A model generated the notes under the pieces. The model worked only from the letters and a program-made list of their open reading frames with translations, had not been told where the DNA came from and did no database searches. A stretch of DNA of 64,000 bases, from positions 868,001 to 932,000 of the forward strand of contig OZ076409.1 of assembly GCA_964187785.1 (NCBI GenBank), given 5' to 3'. The position numbers were made by a program, and so were the translations under genes. This document shows, in pieces, positions 12,801 to 25,879 of the stretch. The DNA comes from Amphiscolops sp. MND2022. Lineage: Eukaryota. Numbering within the stretch: position 1 is the stretch's first letter; every line of letters begins with the position of its first letter.

Positions 12801-13794
12801 AACGAAAATAATACCCCCAGCACTGTGGAACGCATGTGACTATGTTATTCAGTTCAATTTTGCCATAGCGCACATCCCGGGGGCACAAAATACAGATGCC
12901 GACTATTTGTCCCGATTGGAAGCAGATCCGAAGGACAAATTGGTGATGAAAATTCGCGAAGATATACAAACACTACCAATTGAAATCAATGTCCAATCTG
13001 CAGGAGTGTCGCAAGAGGAACAAATCTTCTACGCCAATGACGACGATGAGACAGAAGAACAGTTGTGGGCAAGAAAAGAAGCAATCAGGAAAAATCCAAT
13101 AACTGATGAGCCCACTGTTACTATACAAACTCTGTCAACAAATTTAGTCAAGCAACACCCCGATATACAAGCCCGATTGAGGAAGACGAACCAGATCATT
13201 ATCGAGCAATCCAAAGATGCAGTACTACAACAATTGAAAGCAAAACTGCTTCATGAGGATTATTCAGAAAATCTGCACCAGGATGCCCGATACAGACATT
13301 ACGCAAACAACCTGGAACGAATTGTACTTAAGGACGAAATCCTGACAAGGCAATACTTTGATGAAATAGGGAACGTTAAATACCATCAAATTCTGCTCCC
13401 GCAACATTTACTCCAGGAATTACTTCAGTCTCTTCATGGGACAGCACACAAACACCCTGGGATTTCAAAAATGCTGCAGGAAGTTCGACAGAGGTATTAT
13501 TACCCTAGCATGGCTTAGTACGTCAAAAAGTGGGTAGAAGGGTGCGAACAGTGTGCCAGAGACAAGAGAGTCCCTAACGCAACGATCACACCTGAGCTAC
13601 TCAACTTGCCCGAATGGGACCTTGGACCTGAAGACGCCATGCAAATCGACCTATTGCCGAATCTTCCCCCAAGTGGAGGATACGAGAATGTCCTAACAGC
13701 AATCGACGTATTTTCCAGATATTTGTTCGCATATCCTCTCACGGACTCGTCAGCAATCAATGTAGCAACAGCGATCATTGACATCATAACCAAA
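9871..13794 (+). pseudogene. pol: Pol of element 1 (PR-RT-RNaseH-partial IN); stops at 12418 and 13516; truncated in the integrase core
   Basis: LIDTGA protease (~10564), YVDD RT (~12085), TDAS RNase H, HHCC zinc finger (HGTAHKH...CEQC), QIDL first catalytic Asp; one frame with two in-frame stops. Confidence 0.92.
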
Positions 13795-15517
13795 CCTGTG
13801 ATGGCACTCTAATAACGACCTCAGCTGGCAGTCAGGAGATTATACCCGGAACCCTACCCACGTTTTAAACAGGTTTATGTTAAACTCTAAAACTTACTCT
13901 CGATGTTTATGTTTGCTTAGAACAGCTACATTTTTCATTATGATACAGTGTGTATTAGTCTGTTAATAATACATTAGACAAGTGAAGTTGCAAGTTGTAA
14001 AATAACAATGCTCATTGTAAATTATAGTTCAACGCAAGCTACTAAACAGCTTAAAGGAAACGAGTTCGAGTGTATGTAGCTTTCAGTCCGAAAGCGTCAC
14101 TTGAGCCTAATGTACCAACCAATCATATTCGAGTATTTCATGATGCTATGCTGCTTTAATCAATTGGCCGGATATGGCCGTTTGTCTTAATGGTGCATTA
14201 ATTAGTTGGAATACTAGGCAGATGGCCGGATTAGGCTTTTCTTTGGTCATTGTTGCAACTTATTGTATTAATAATGTTGTAGTGCTCAATAGTCATGTAA
14301 GCTCTCTATTTACAACTGAAGTTAATAATTAGTGCCTTTACGTTCTTTGAAACAAATAGTACCCCCATACCAACCCGATTATTAGTACCAATCTTTTGGA
14401 CTAATTAGGCTATTCGCTCTGATTGAATTAAAGTCCAATGGCCGATTTAGGACATGTTGTGTTTTGTTTCGTGATTTACGCTAAAGCTACTCGTTTGTTG
14501 CAACGGCCGACATTCGTAGGCACGTGGCAGCATTCCGTGATGAACATTCCTTAGATAGTTGTGTTATGTTATTTGTTTGATGTTTGTTGCCGATGATACT
14601 CAACTATGATGACGTATAGTAATATCGTTGATGTTTTCAAATGGAAAGATATAATCTCGTGACCCTAACAAGTATGAATTCCTAGAGTTCTTTGATAAGG
14701 TGCTAACCACCTCATTTTAACCGTTGTTGTGCCCTAACTTTGTGACTTAAGGAATTTGTAAATTGCGGGTATTATATCAAAATATGTAAATTCCATTCTC
14801 TCGGAAGTATATATACCAACCGTTCCGAGAGGTGGACACTTTTTGCCTTTATGATACTCAAACTTAGTTTGTTCCGCTTTTATAGATTGCAAACCTAGAC
14901 CACCAATAAACTATTCAACCTCGAGTTCTTAATGCCTACTACGAGAAGACAAAAGAAGGCTAGAAAGTCAAGAGGAATAGAAATGCTATCTGACATAGAA
15001 AACCTCGACATTATGTTAGGGGAAAACCATTTCGGTAGAAATGGGAGAGATGAAAGTGTTAGCAGTAATTTTGGCAGAAGGCCTGGTAGTACATCTGCAG
15101 ACGAATTAGAGAATAATGGTGAGAATAGAAACTCAGCCACAAGAGACTTAGGTCCTGATAACAATGCCGATTATGGCCAGATTTCAACTGGAGGTAATTC
15201 TAGTTCTGAGATTAACAAGTTGTCTAGTGAGTTGAACTCGAGATTGTCGAGGGAGTTAGATGATATGATGTGTAGTGTCAATTCCCAGATTCAAAGGGCG
15301 ATTAGTGATGCAATCAGCAATCAGATATTGCCCCAGATCCAGTCCGCCTTAAGTGCCGGATCGGGACACTCGACTCAGAGTAGATGGAACGTTCCGTCCG
15401 AGAGACCGGAAGTATATTCCGAAGGACTGCAAAACAGTAACCCTAAGGACAGTTCAACTAGTAAGCCTAATTGTAATCGCCAAAATGATGGCGTAGTAGA
15501 GTCTAACGCTTACGACA
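13795..15517 (+). repeat. 3' LTR of element 1 (lacks its first ~15 nt)
   Basis: Matches 7030-8753; joined directly to the integrase core. Confidence 0.9.
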
Positions 15518-16116
15518 TGACAATATACTTTTTTCTCGAGAATATTCTAAATTGTTTTAGTATGAGCTTGTTTTAAGTAGATAAACTTCAAAATCATATC
15601 TTGGTACATGTATTTTTGAAAAAGTCTCATTTTACAGCGTATTTTTCTACCGTTTTGGGATGATTTCTAAATCAAAACATATCAAGGGCTTCAGTTAAAT
15701 CAGGGGAGTTGATTGCACATAAATTTCTCTAACATTTCAAGCAAAAGTTGACTAAAAGTGGGAAAAACCTCAATTTTGACGTAAATTTGGTTTAAAATGG
15801 CCTATTGTAACTTCTACAATTTTCATCGCATAACCTCAAATAAACATATTTGTAGACTAGATAAAAATCTAAGAAACTTTCAATTTTGTCATTTTTCAAA
15901 AATTGCTGCTGTTCTATAGATGTTCGATTTTGAGATTTTTGGCTTTTGCTGCTTTTAGAAATATCACTACTGTAGTTTGTTAATTAAAAGCAACAAAATG
16001 TGTAGCGGAGTAATCTGTTTGCTCGTGTAACTTCAGCAAATGTTCTCCTCCCAATTGCGAAAAGGCGTATTTGAGAATAGAATTTTTACTGCCCACTTTT
16101 CGTGAATGCTACCATG

Positions 16117-16713
16117 AAACAAGACGGGAACGTCTAAAGTCGGCGCTTTATCTAAGGCTCAAAAAAGCGCTAAGTTTTTAAACTTGTAAAAGGGGGACCC
16201 TTTGGGCTTTTTGAAACTTCAGTTTGCTGCAAATTATCAAAAAACTTGAAGGGGGGACCCTTTGGCGACAAAGAAAAATTTGAAAAAAATTCAAAAAAAA
16301 ACGAAAAATGAGAATTTTGAAAGTCTCACAGTGCCGAAAAACTAGAAAAGGGGGACCCTTTGGGCTTTTTGAAACTTCAGTTGGCTGCAAAATATCAAAA
16401 AACTTGAAGGGGGGACCGTTTGGCGACAAAAGAAAATTCGAAAAAAAAGTCGCACAGTGCCGAAAAAAATTCAAAGGGGGGACGCTGTAGTCCCGTCCGG
16501 TTTTGTATCTTACGTTAAAAATTGAGTACACGAAAGGGGGGACCCTTTGCAGTAACTCAGATGTGATTCCGCTTGCCGGTTCAGTACTTTTAGTAGTTCT
16601 GTAAAAAGTGTCCACTACGCATACATTCTGTGGTCTGACGAAAAAAAAAAGAAAAAAAAACTTGCCACTGTAATAGTCGGGCTCATTTTCTTCTAAAATG
16701 CGCCGACTAAAAA
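16117..16713 (-). mobile_element. Helentron/DINE-1-like non-autonomous element (family E)
   Basis: On the minus strand it starts TTTTTAGTCGGCGC with a nearby inverted partner and ends with subTIR GCGCCGACTT, a GACG-TTCC-CGTC hairpin and TTGTTT; internal AAAGGGGGACCC tandem repeats; no TSD. Confidence 0.7.
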
Positions 16714-17021
16714 TGAAAGACCAGACTTAAAATATCTGCAAAGGCGAAATTGTAATACATACAAAAAGAATGTTCTTCTATACACAAAGAAAGGCTTAGA
16801 TTGTCTACCCATATGAAACTGATGTCATATTCTTCAGTTACACCATATGAAGTATTTCAATTACGCGTGCGAAGCAGTTTCCAAAGCCTTTTCTTTTGCT
16901 TTAACTGTATCTGAGTTTTTGTCTTGGTTTTTGTCACTTTGAAACCACAGCTTCAAGCCCGCCATTGCTTGACCATTTGGCTGCAAATATGGAATATGGT
17001 ACCATAGTCAATGGGGAAATT

Positions 17022-17024
<3 letters not shown>

Positions 17025-17063
<39 letters not shown>

Positions 17064-17076
17064 CTTCTCTCTCTCC

Positions 17077-17145
<69 letters not shown>
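17025..17145. repeat. (CT)n microsatellite
   Basis: Direct inspection. Confidence 0.98.
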
Positions 17146-17148
<3 letters not shown>

Positions 17149-17660
17149 TCGCACTCTTCAAGCTTGTTTGTGGTTGAGGGGCTAACATCATTTTTTAAAG
17201 CAGCACATGGAGATTGAATTTTAAATTGATCCAAACTTGGCTCAGAACCGGTTTGACCTTTTGCCTGTTGTTTAGCGGTTGATGGATAACGTTTTTTTGT
17301 CCTGTAAAACTATCGCAACGCGCAGTGAAATGCTGCCAGGATTTTCCTAGCTACAGTTTAAGATTTTTCCCTGCGTGAAGTATGAATGTTTTATGTTTAG
17401 TTAAAAAAGTACCCTGCATGCAGGCCTGTAGCATGGAAAAAATCCCGTCAGTTTCGACTAGTGTCCTCATCGCAGTTTTAAATCTCGTGTCGTTCATGAG
17501 AATTTTAAAAAAAGCACTAAAGAGTGATAAATAACGTAACAAATTGACTGACTCAATGTTACAACCAGAAAACAATAGTTTCATTTGGAAGTTAAATTGG
17601 CCCTAATCTCAGAAACATTCTTTTGTTTTGAATAGAATGACTTTTTCCTCTAAGAAGCTG

Positions 17661-18162
17661 CCCCTGTTGAAATTGCTTGAACTTTTTGCGTGTTGTTCAA
17701 CGTTGCCAACAACTTTTATCATGATTCTCTAAAACTCTTTTGGAAGCATTCATTCGAACACTTTTCCGTGTTCTGATTGACTTTTATTAAGCTGTTTCAA
17801 AGACGCATCCTAAATTTAGCGGCAATTTTAAGCTTCCAGGTTTCATTAAATAGCACTTCTGTTTATAAATGCAACTAAGATGTTATCAACGTTACCGTCA
17901 TTCTAATTCGAATTGACTTTATTCACAATGGAAACTGGAAACTAGCGTCTTCTTCAGTGTGCAATTCGAGAAGCGGTAATCATATCAGTTGAGTAGTTGA
18001 GAAATCAAAGCGTGGAAAGAACGTGATTGTGTCGGTAACAAAATGGGAGTCATTTTCGATTTCATTTCCGCGGGAAAACTACTGATTTTTTTAGGTTTTG
18101 AGCAAATTTACCCGGCATGCAGGCCTGCAGCATGTAAAAAGTTCTAGCAGTCTCAACAAGGG
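17661..18162. mobile_element. MITE family B, diverged inverted copy
   Basis: CCCCTGTTGAAATTGCTTGAAC...GCAGTCTCAACAAGGG. Confidence 0.7.
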
Positions 18163-18663
18163 TGGGAATTTCATCCAAATGCTTCTTTTCTTTCACTTCA
18201 TCCTTCACTCAAATTCGCTTCACGCTCTACGGTACCCTTCAGTCCCTTTAGACTGACTGCATAGACAATGCAATGTACTCTGTAAACAGAAAAGATGAGA
18301 CATGTATCACCAAAAAAAGGCACCATCGAATAAAAGGCACCACAGTTTACTTGATGTTTTGGCACCGAGAGATTTATTGGAAAAGCCGCGATCATACGTT
18401 TTCCTCATTCTGCTTGAACTTCGTGTAACATTTTTGTTGTGGGTTGTTTCGGTAAATTGTTTTTTAGCATTCCAGATGTTATTATAAACATGTTTGTTGA
18501 AAAAAATTACTCAAACAAGTTATATAAAATTTTCTTATAAAAAAGATATAATGTCATCTTGGACAAACATTTTTCACTTCGAATTCAGATAGTTGTTCGT
18601 ATAACTGAACGAGCTCCAACATGGACGAAAAAAAAGAACGATCTCAAATCTGATTGGACGTTG

Positions 18664-19017
18664 AACAAGATGGGAAGGTGTGAAGTCGGCGCCATATCTA
18701 AGGCTCAAAAAGCGGAGATTTGAAATATGTGTAGGACGTTTCCATGAAAAACTCCTAATTTCGGACCTCCGCCTCCTCGTTACAAAACGCAAAATAGTTC
18801 GGATATTACGAGCTCGGACTTCAATAAAATCGAAGGGGGGACCTTTTGAAGATAATTTTTTTGAAAAGAAATCCCACAGGAAGAAATCTTAGATGCGTTT
18901 CCCAGGTATTCGTATAGTTGAACAAACTGAACAAAAAGTTCGTCGCTTCGAGTCTGTCTCAAAAAACGAGTGACTCTAATAGTGGGCTCTTTTATTAATA
19001 ACAGCGCCGACTAAAAA
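18664..19017 (-). mobile_element. Family E (Helentron-like) short copy
   Basis: AAGTCGGCGCCATATCTAAGGCTC and GCGCCGACTAAAAA ends. Confidence 0.65.
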
Positions 19018-19080
19018 TCTAACTACCTCCTTGGCTTTCATTTACTCTGACTTTACTCTGGTTGCAAAGTTTTAAAATTA

Positions 19081-19749
19081 TGTATGAGCCTTTGGTGAGA
19101 GATGAAAGTTTTGAATGGTTCCGTGCAAGGACACATATGACTTCTAATCCTCATGGTCGTGAATGGGATCCCATAGAATTGTTTCAAGAGTTAGAACTTC
19201 AATCAAGTGAGCATGATAACCAAAAGAAACAACTATTCACAGAGATCACCACACAATTGATGATTCGTATGAAATTCGCTTCACGCTGCGTTCAATAGTA
19301 TGCTTTGAAAATGAAACTATTAAAACTGTCATCATTCAGAGCTTACTGTTGAACGGAGAGGACCAGTCCTAATTAAAAATTTGATTCGGTTCTGCTATAA
19401 ATTAATTCTGCATTATTGCTGTTCGGTTTTACAACCAACCATCTTGCATTCAATGTAGTTAATGTTTTCGATGATGTAGTCAATCTTTTGAAAAACGAAA
19501 ACGATTGAGACATTCATCATCGGCACGAACTTTCGTTCCAGTATGAGGCGAAAGTTAGTTTTATCATCAAATGGGTGTTGATTTATATGACTAGTTGTTT
19601 CTTTTGGTTATCATGCTCACTTGATTGAAGTTCTAACTCTTGAAACGATTCTATGGGATCCCATTCACGGCCATTAAGATTGGAAGTCACATGGGTCCAT
19701 GCACGGAAGCATAAAAAGTGTTCAGCTCTCATGAAAGGTCCATCCATAC
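19081..19749. mobile_element. Foldback/MITE with ~155-bp inverted arms
   Basis: 19081-19235 is the imperfect reverse complement of 19592-19749. Confidence 0.7.
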
Positions 19750-20315
19750 TGTTGAAGTCTATAGAAAAATTGAAGCACCATCTTAACCAGAGTTAATTTA
19801 AACGTTACCATTTTAGCATCGAACTAGCCACTTTACTAGTGTGTGACCACGAGTAGCCTAAAAAAATTGATTGTCATGCAAAAAATACCCCACAAAACGG
19901 TATCGAATTGAAATTTTAAAAATAATTACAATTAAAGATGAAACAAGCTAAGTTCAACTACAAACTTATTTGCTGAAAAGTTAAGTGCGGGAAAAATGTT
20001 TGGGCTCTTTGTAACAATTTACCAGCTGTGTCCATGGCTGTTCAAAAAGTAATTGGGAAAACAGTCAATTATTTCAGAGACCTCAGTAAATTATTCGAGT
20101 TTTACACAACAAGCTAACCAGTTAGTTAGTTGGGAAATTGAACTTAATTGCACAATATTGAGTCATTGTAGGTTTGAACGCCGCGACGGTTTCCTCAAGA
20201 GTCAATCGTATGCACGTTCCGAAAACGATCATTAAGCTTAATAAGCAACTGACTCTCCAAACTATCGGGAAGTAAACTTTGCTGATAATCGGGAAAGGTT
20301 TATCCAGCAGAACTG

Positions 20316-22012
20316 CCCGGGTTGACCCTCTTACTAGCCTTTTGGCTGTCTTGGCAAGATCTTACCAAATTCTTACTACATATTGGTGACCATGGAACCC
20401 ATGGCAAGATTCCTAATAAGATCTTACTAAGAGGATACATTGTTCCAAGATCGTAACTTGTCACGATGGACAAAATTCTAAAATTGTAAAAATCACTATA
20501 CCTGGTACAAGCAGCCGAGACTCTTTCTAAAGGCTCATTCCACCGCGCAAGGACTATTTCTATTCGTTTTCATAATCAAAATCCTTCAACCCGCTGAAAT
20601 AAATTTGCATGCAAAAATGTGCGAAAAATTACGATAATGTATTCTGGCTTCCGAAATTCTGACCGGAATCCTAATAACTCCTCACCTGCTAAAGACTGAA
20701 AAATGCGAATGTACCAAGTGGAAGCTCATTTTGGGGGCTTTTGAAAACTTGTAACGTATCACTCCTGTCGATTCCAGAGACGGAGAAAAATGCTCTCCAA
20801 CGTCCAGAGCCACTATCTGAAAGCTACACAGGAAACACAGAAAATTTTTTGTTAATTCATATCTCCGTCTTTCTTCGAGCCTGTTTCAGCAGCAGTATTA
20901 CTGCTGGAAACGGTGGTCATTGTCCCGGTTTGTTTTTTGACGCCGTTGTTGGCGACACTTTTGCAATTAATAGACCAATTGTAACGTCCGGCTAGCGGCG
21001 CACATCTAGGAAGAGGGACAAGGCCTAGGGTGCTTAAACAGGAGACCGTTGTCTTACTACACTCCTAAACACTAGTTTTTGATCCCAAAATGGTCTCCAT
21101 GGGGGACTTTTCTAACGTCTAAGGAGGCTCCTCTAGTTAGAGCTCCGAGGCGACGTGCCGGCACTCTCAAAGTCCGGACACGCCCCACAAGCCTGTAAAA
21201 ACAAATCCTAAGGTTTTTAGCGCGTTCCCGCCATCTCCTACATACCTCCGAGGTCCAAAAAGATGTTTATCCGAAAAATGTCATTTCGACAGTTATGGAC
21301 ATGAAATGCTGACCTAGAAGGTCAGGCATGGGGGAAATAACAAAGTGCATTATAAATTAACAAATTAAAGGGGGATAAGCCCCAAGTGAGAATACAGTTA
21401 CTGTTTGTAGATTTTCGGGGATCCAGTCATGCCATTCTAGAACAGTTCTGCTTTCTCTCCCAGAGGGATGGCATAGCACCGGGTAGCGTTCGTCGTATTC
21501 TGCACCATGTGAATCTTCATGTCAACAGTCGTTTTGCTTCCTTTCTTTATCATCTCCTGTTGTTCTTCCTGTTCGCGTGTTCTTTTTTTTCATTTTTGGG
21601 TTTCAACGACCTGCCAGGTCGGCCATTTTGATTCGCACATTTTCTGGTTCTTGATCGAATTTTTCATCGAAAATTTGGTGTTGACTGGTGGACGTTACAA
21701 ATTAAATCAGTGCATCCCTAAATAATCAGAATATGGACTCTTCAATCAAATTTTATACCATTGCTAACAGAAAATTTTAATGTCTAACAATATAAATCTG
21801 CAGAAATGTTGATTTTTGTTGACTTCCTTTCAGATTTTTTTCTTGCCAAATAGGATTTTACAATAAAAATTTTCTTGGGAACATGGTTCTCTTGATAAGA
21901 TCTTACCAAGACATCTTGCAATTCTTGGCAATATCTTGGCTAGATCATAGCCAAGATTTTTCCAAGATCTTGGCAAGATCTTACTAAGATATCCATGGAG
22001 GGTCGACCCGAC
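20316..22012. mobile_element. Family A copy interrupted by a solo LTR
   Basis: Colinear with 1802-3378 minus the family B insert. Confidence 0.8.
20980..21699. mobile_element. Probable solo LTR (720 bp)
   Basis: TGTAACGTCC...GGACGTTACA ends; absent from the homologous site near 3050; AAT/AATT duplication at the flanks. Confidence 0.7.
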
Positions 22013-23048
22013 TTATGATTGGAACTAGTTGAACACATTGAAACTGAATCTCATTCTTTTTTCGATCAGATTTTCTGAAAACTCTATCTGTTTTCATAAC
22101 TTATTTACTTTCATAACTTATTATTTACTTTCTAACAGCAAAACAATAAAAAAATTCTGTTAAAAAAATATTGATTTTACACTCCTGAGCCGCGCCGGTC
22201 CATACGTGAAAACAGTAACATATCGTTGCATATCAATCCAATCAATGACCCCTTAAATGTCAGTCGCCTATCGACAAGCACTAGGAGCACCCTAAAAGGG
22301 TTGGACACACACTTCCTACAAATTACAGACTCGTGATCTCAGTGTTGTGACTTACCAAGACTAATCAAATTGCTTCGACCAGTGCCTTTCTTCTCAACGA
22401 TTTACGTTCCGCAATTACACAATCGAACATCTTCAGTAGCACCAGATTGCCTAAAATACACTATGTGCGACAATATATTCGTTTAGCACAGACATGACGT
22501 TATATTGAAAAGATGAAAAAGGAACAACACCATTGTGCATGAAGGCCAATCGCGCAGACGGGGACTGTTCAATTCGTCGAACACGTATTATTTTAGCGAG
22601 CATGGTATGACGTAATGGAATGAATTGATTTCGGCCAATCAAAATTGATTCGCGCATTCAAAATTACGACAACGTAGTCAGCTATGTTCACATTCTTCTA
22701 GTGCCCTAAATGCAGGAGCGAAGCGAATCAGAGCGACGTGCCATATGGCCATGTCTCAATGTTGCTACTTGGCGAAGGTAGCGAGGCGATCGAGCCATAC
22801 AACAAATATGCTAATCGCCACAAAATATAACCAAATGAAAATAATCGCTGATATGGAATTCTTTCGACTCATTGAATAGCTTTTCATTTTTCGACGATTT
22901 GAATGTTCGACGAACTGAAGTTGCACCCGCGCAGACAAACACAACGTCAACCGTTTTGCCAAAGAATTTCGTACAGTAAATCAATTTCAAAGGAGTTGTT
23001 AGGTCAAGCTCATGCCAATTGCGATTTTCATCACCTAATTGCATTTAA

Positions 23049-24133
23049 GGACCATGTCGTCTATCGCCCCCCAAACTGCGGCGGGAGGGAATAAGACAGA
23101 AGGTTCAAATATCATTATGTCGACATCGTTTGCGTTGAAATTTTGGTCCAATAAAATAATTGATGTCGACATAATCCTATCCATTACATTGACTGTCAGT
23201 TGAAAGATGCTCATTAGATTTTATAGCGGAAAAAATGAAAAAATTTGAATTGAAATAGGGGCATTTTAATACGATTTTACCTTGTTTCAAACGTGAATTT
23301 CTGCCATTTTGGACGATAATATCAAAAATTATGGTATTTTTTTAAACCTGAAGTGTAAGTATATACATTCATATAATATTCTCTTATTAGTGAAATATTT
23401 CACTAATAAGAGAATAATATATGAATGTATATACTTACACTTCAAGTAAAATGTAAACAAGACGGGAACGTCTAAAGTCGGCGCCATATCTAAGGCTCAA
23501 AAAGCGCAAAAGATTTTTTTTGGAAAAAAATTGAAATTTTTGAAAAATTTTTTTCTTTCAAAAAAGTCGCATAGTGCCGAAAAATGTAAAAGGGGGACCC
23601 TTCTGGATTTATTAACATACATTCCGTTGCAAAATATCAAAAAACTCGAAGGGGGGACCCTTTGGGGACAAAAAAAATTTTCGAGAAAAGAGTCGCACAG
23701 TTCCGAAAAAAACTCAAAGGGGGGACCCTATTGTCACGTCCTGTTTTGTATCCTACGATAAAAATGGACTTACTGAAAGGGGGGACCCTTTGCACTATCT
23801 CAAATGTGCTGCCAGTATTTTAGTAGTACTATATTTAGTAGTTGAACGTTAATTTTAACGTTCGTCGCTTCGAGTCTGTCTTAAATAAAAAAAAAGAAAA
23901 AAAACGAGTGACTGTAATAGTCGGGCTCTTTTCTTAAGAAAAGCGCCGACTAAAAAATACCATACTTTTTTGATATTATTGTCCAAAATAGCAGAAGTTC
24001 ACGAAAGCACATCTTGTTCTTGAATTATTTTTATTCAAGAACAAAATGTGCTTTCGTGTGTGTGTGTGGGGGGTGGGGGGGGTTTGAATTCCCAACAAGA
24101 AGTACATGGGGGGGGGAATAGATGACATGGTCC
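23049..24133. mobile_element. MITE family D copy with a nested family E element (~23455-23956)
   Basis: TIRs present; perfect TSD GCATTTAA. Confidence 0.85.
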
Positions 24134-24649
24134 GCATTTAATTTTTCATCACTCAACTTTTGAACAGCTCTGGCTGTATCGATAGTTCCTTGAGAAAAAG
24201 CTTCTCAAAGTGAAAGTTCAGTACGAACTTTCCATATGTTCTGTACAGTTGCTAGCAACATTGCCATCTTCTAGAACGTTTCCGGAAAGGTTGATACGAA
24301 ATATTTCGAGTACTGTATTCGAGTTTTACTCACATGACACTTTTATGCCCAAGGGCTGGAACGTTTCATCTGAATGCAGGCCTGAATGCAAGGTGAATTT
24401 TTGAAATTTTTTAATGAAGTAAGTAAGTTTCTGGCAGCAAATCTTGTGATCCTAAATTACTGCAATTTGCTTCTAAATCCCATATCGTTACAGACACGAT
24501 CACGGTGTTTCCATATTTTGACTTCTCACCTACGCATCTGATGTAGCCATTACTTCTGAAAAGGCAAGCTAAAGATGACGATACTTTCCAGTTTATAACA
24601 TGACCCAACATTGCTTTAAAATGGCATGATACTACCTTAGCTGCATCCA

Positions 24650-25307
24650 ACAAGACGGGAACGTCTGAAGTCGGCGCTATATCCAAGGCTCAAAAAGCGC
24701 AAAACATTTTTTTTGAAAAATACTTTACATTTTCGAATTTTTTTCTTTCGGAAAATGTGGCACAGTGCCGAAAAATGTAAAAGGGGGACCCTTTGGGGTT
24801 TATTAACATAAATTCAGTTGCAAAATATCAAAAAACTCAAAGGGGGGACCCTTTGGGAACATTTAAAAATTTTCGAAAAAAAGTCGCACAGTGCGGAAAA
24901 AATCTAAAGGGGGGACCCTTTAGGCACGTCCGGTTTTGTGGGTTTCCTTGAATAAGTAAAAAGGGGGTCGCTCTACACTCACCCGGTTTTGTAGGTTACG
25001 TTTAAAAAGTAAAAAACCAAAGGGGGGACTCTATGGAGTCAAAAAATATTTTCGAAGAAAGTCGCACAGTGCCGAAAAAATCCAAAGGGGGGACCCTTTA
25101 GTCCCGTCCGGTTTTGTAGGTTACGTTAAAAAGTAAAAAAACAAAGGGGGACCCGTTGGAATAACTTAGATGCGTTTCCCGGGTATTTGTTTAGTTTCTT
25201 TAGTTGAACGTTAACGTTCGTCGCTTCGAGTCTGTCTTTAAAAAAAAAGAAAAAAACGAGTGACAGTAATAGTCGGGCTCTTTCATTGATAAAAGCGCCT
25301 ACTAAAA
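24650..25307 (-). mobile_element. Family E (Helentron-like) copy
   Basis: Same termini and GGGGACCC repeats. Confidence 0.7.
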
Positions 25308-25314
25308 GTAGAAC

Positions 25315-25726
25315 TGTGATGCCATGATGCATGTCCTCAAAGATTTTATAAATCTGAAATACTCTGAACTCTTAACCGAAGAAATTAGTAAATCTAATTG
25401 AATCTAGAAACTAATTATTCTAGAAGAAACTTCATTTAATAGATCCTGTATCAAACTTCCCTGCTTCATCCTGTTGCTGTCACATTATTAATTGATGTAA
25501 CCTACCCTAGCTAATAGAATATATCTACTTGGAGAAATTGAGAATTCTTCCTAGCAATCAGTCTTCTTCCAGCACTTCAAGAACTGAGATCTCAGAAATA
25601 GATTGTACTCTGAACTAGCTAGCTATAAGATAAAAGATAAGACGACTCTGCTGTTAAAATCTTAGACTTCTTATGTCAATTCTAACTTGTATAAAAGAAA
25701 CAACCACCAAACTTTTTAACAGCTCA
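25315..25726 (+). repeat. 5' LTR of element 2
   Basis: Identical to 43004-43415 except ctAat/ctCat. Confidence 0.97.
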
Positions 25727-25728
25727 AT

Positions 25729-25745
25729 TGGTGCGACCACGAAAA
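25729..25745 (+). promoter_or_regulatory. Putative primer-binding site of element 2
   Basis: TGGTGCGACCACGAAAA begins 2 nt after the LTR; cognate tRNA not assigned. Confidence 0.65.
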
Positions 25746-25879
25746 TTCTTCTTTCTCTCCCATTTATTTCACACATCTACAATTGTTGTACACCTTTCCT
25801 CAACTTTCTCATTCGATATCTCTTTGTTCGACACACAGTCTCTCCACCTCTCAACATTGCAAGCCGTTATTAACTTCAA

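Larger units (their letters stand above)
7015..15517 (+). mobile_element. Ty3/gypsy LTR retrotransposon 1 (decayed, internally deleted)
   Basis: Termini TGTCG...CGACA, 5-bp TSD TGACA (7010-7014, 15518-15522), two long direct repeats, gag followed by pol in PR-RT-RH-IN order. Confidence 0.95.
6799..15972. mobile_element. Tc1/mariner-like MITE (~670 bp) split by the gypsy insertion
   Basis: TA|CAGTAGTGATTCTAAAAGAAGCAA at 6799 and TTGCTGCTTTTAGAAATATCACTACTG|TA ending at 15972. Confidence 0.8.

Noticed and set aside
8839..13793. Antisense and alternative-frame ORFs over gag/pol (also 29484-29957, 33734-34150)
   Set aside because: Shadow ORFs expected from codon bias; no motifs
16178..16615. 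145-aa ORF and similar KGGPF/GGTL ORFs elsewhere
   Set aside because: Products of family E internal tandem repeats; frames not conserved between copies
16934..17234. ORFs with RE/SL repeats
   Set aside because: Translations of the (CT)n microsatellite
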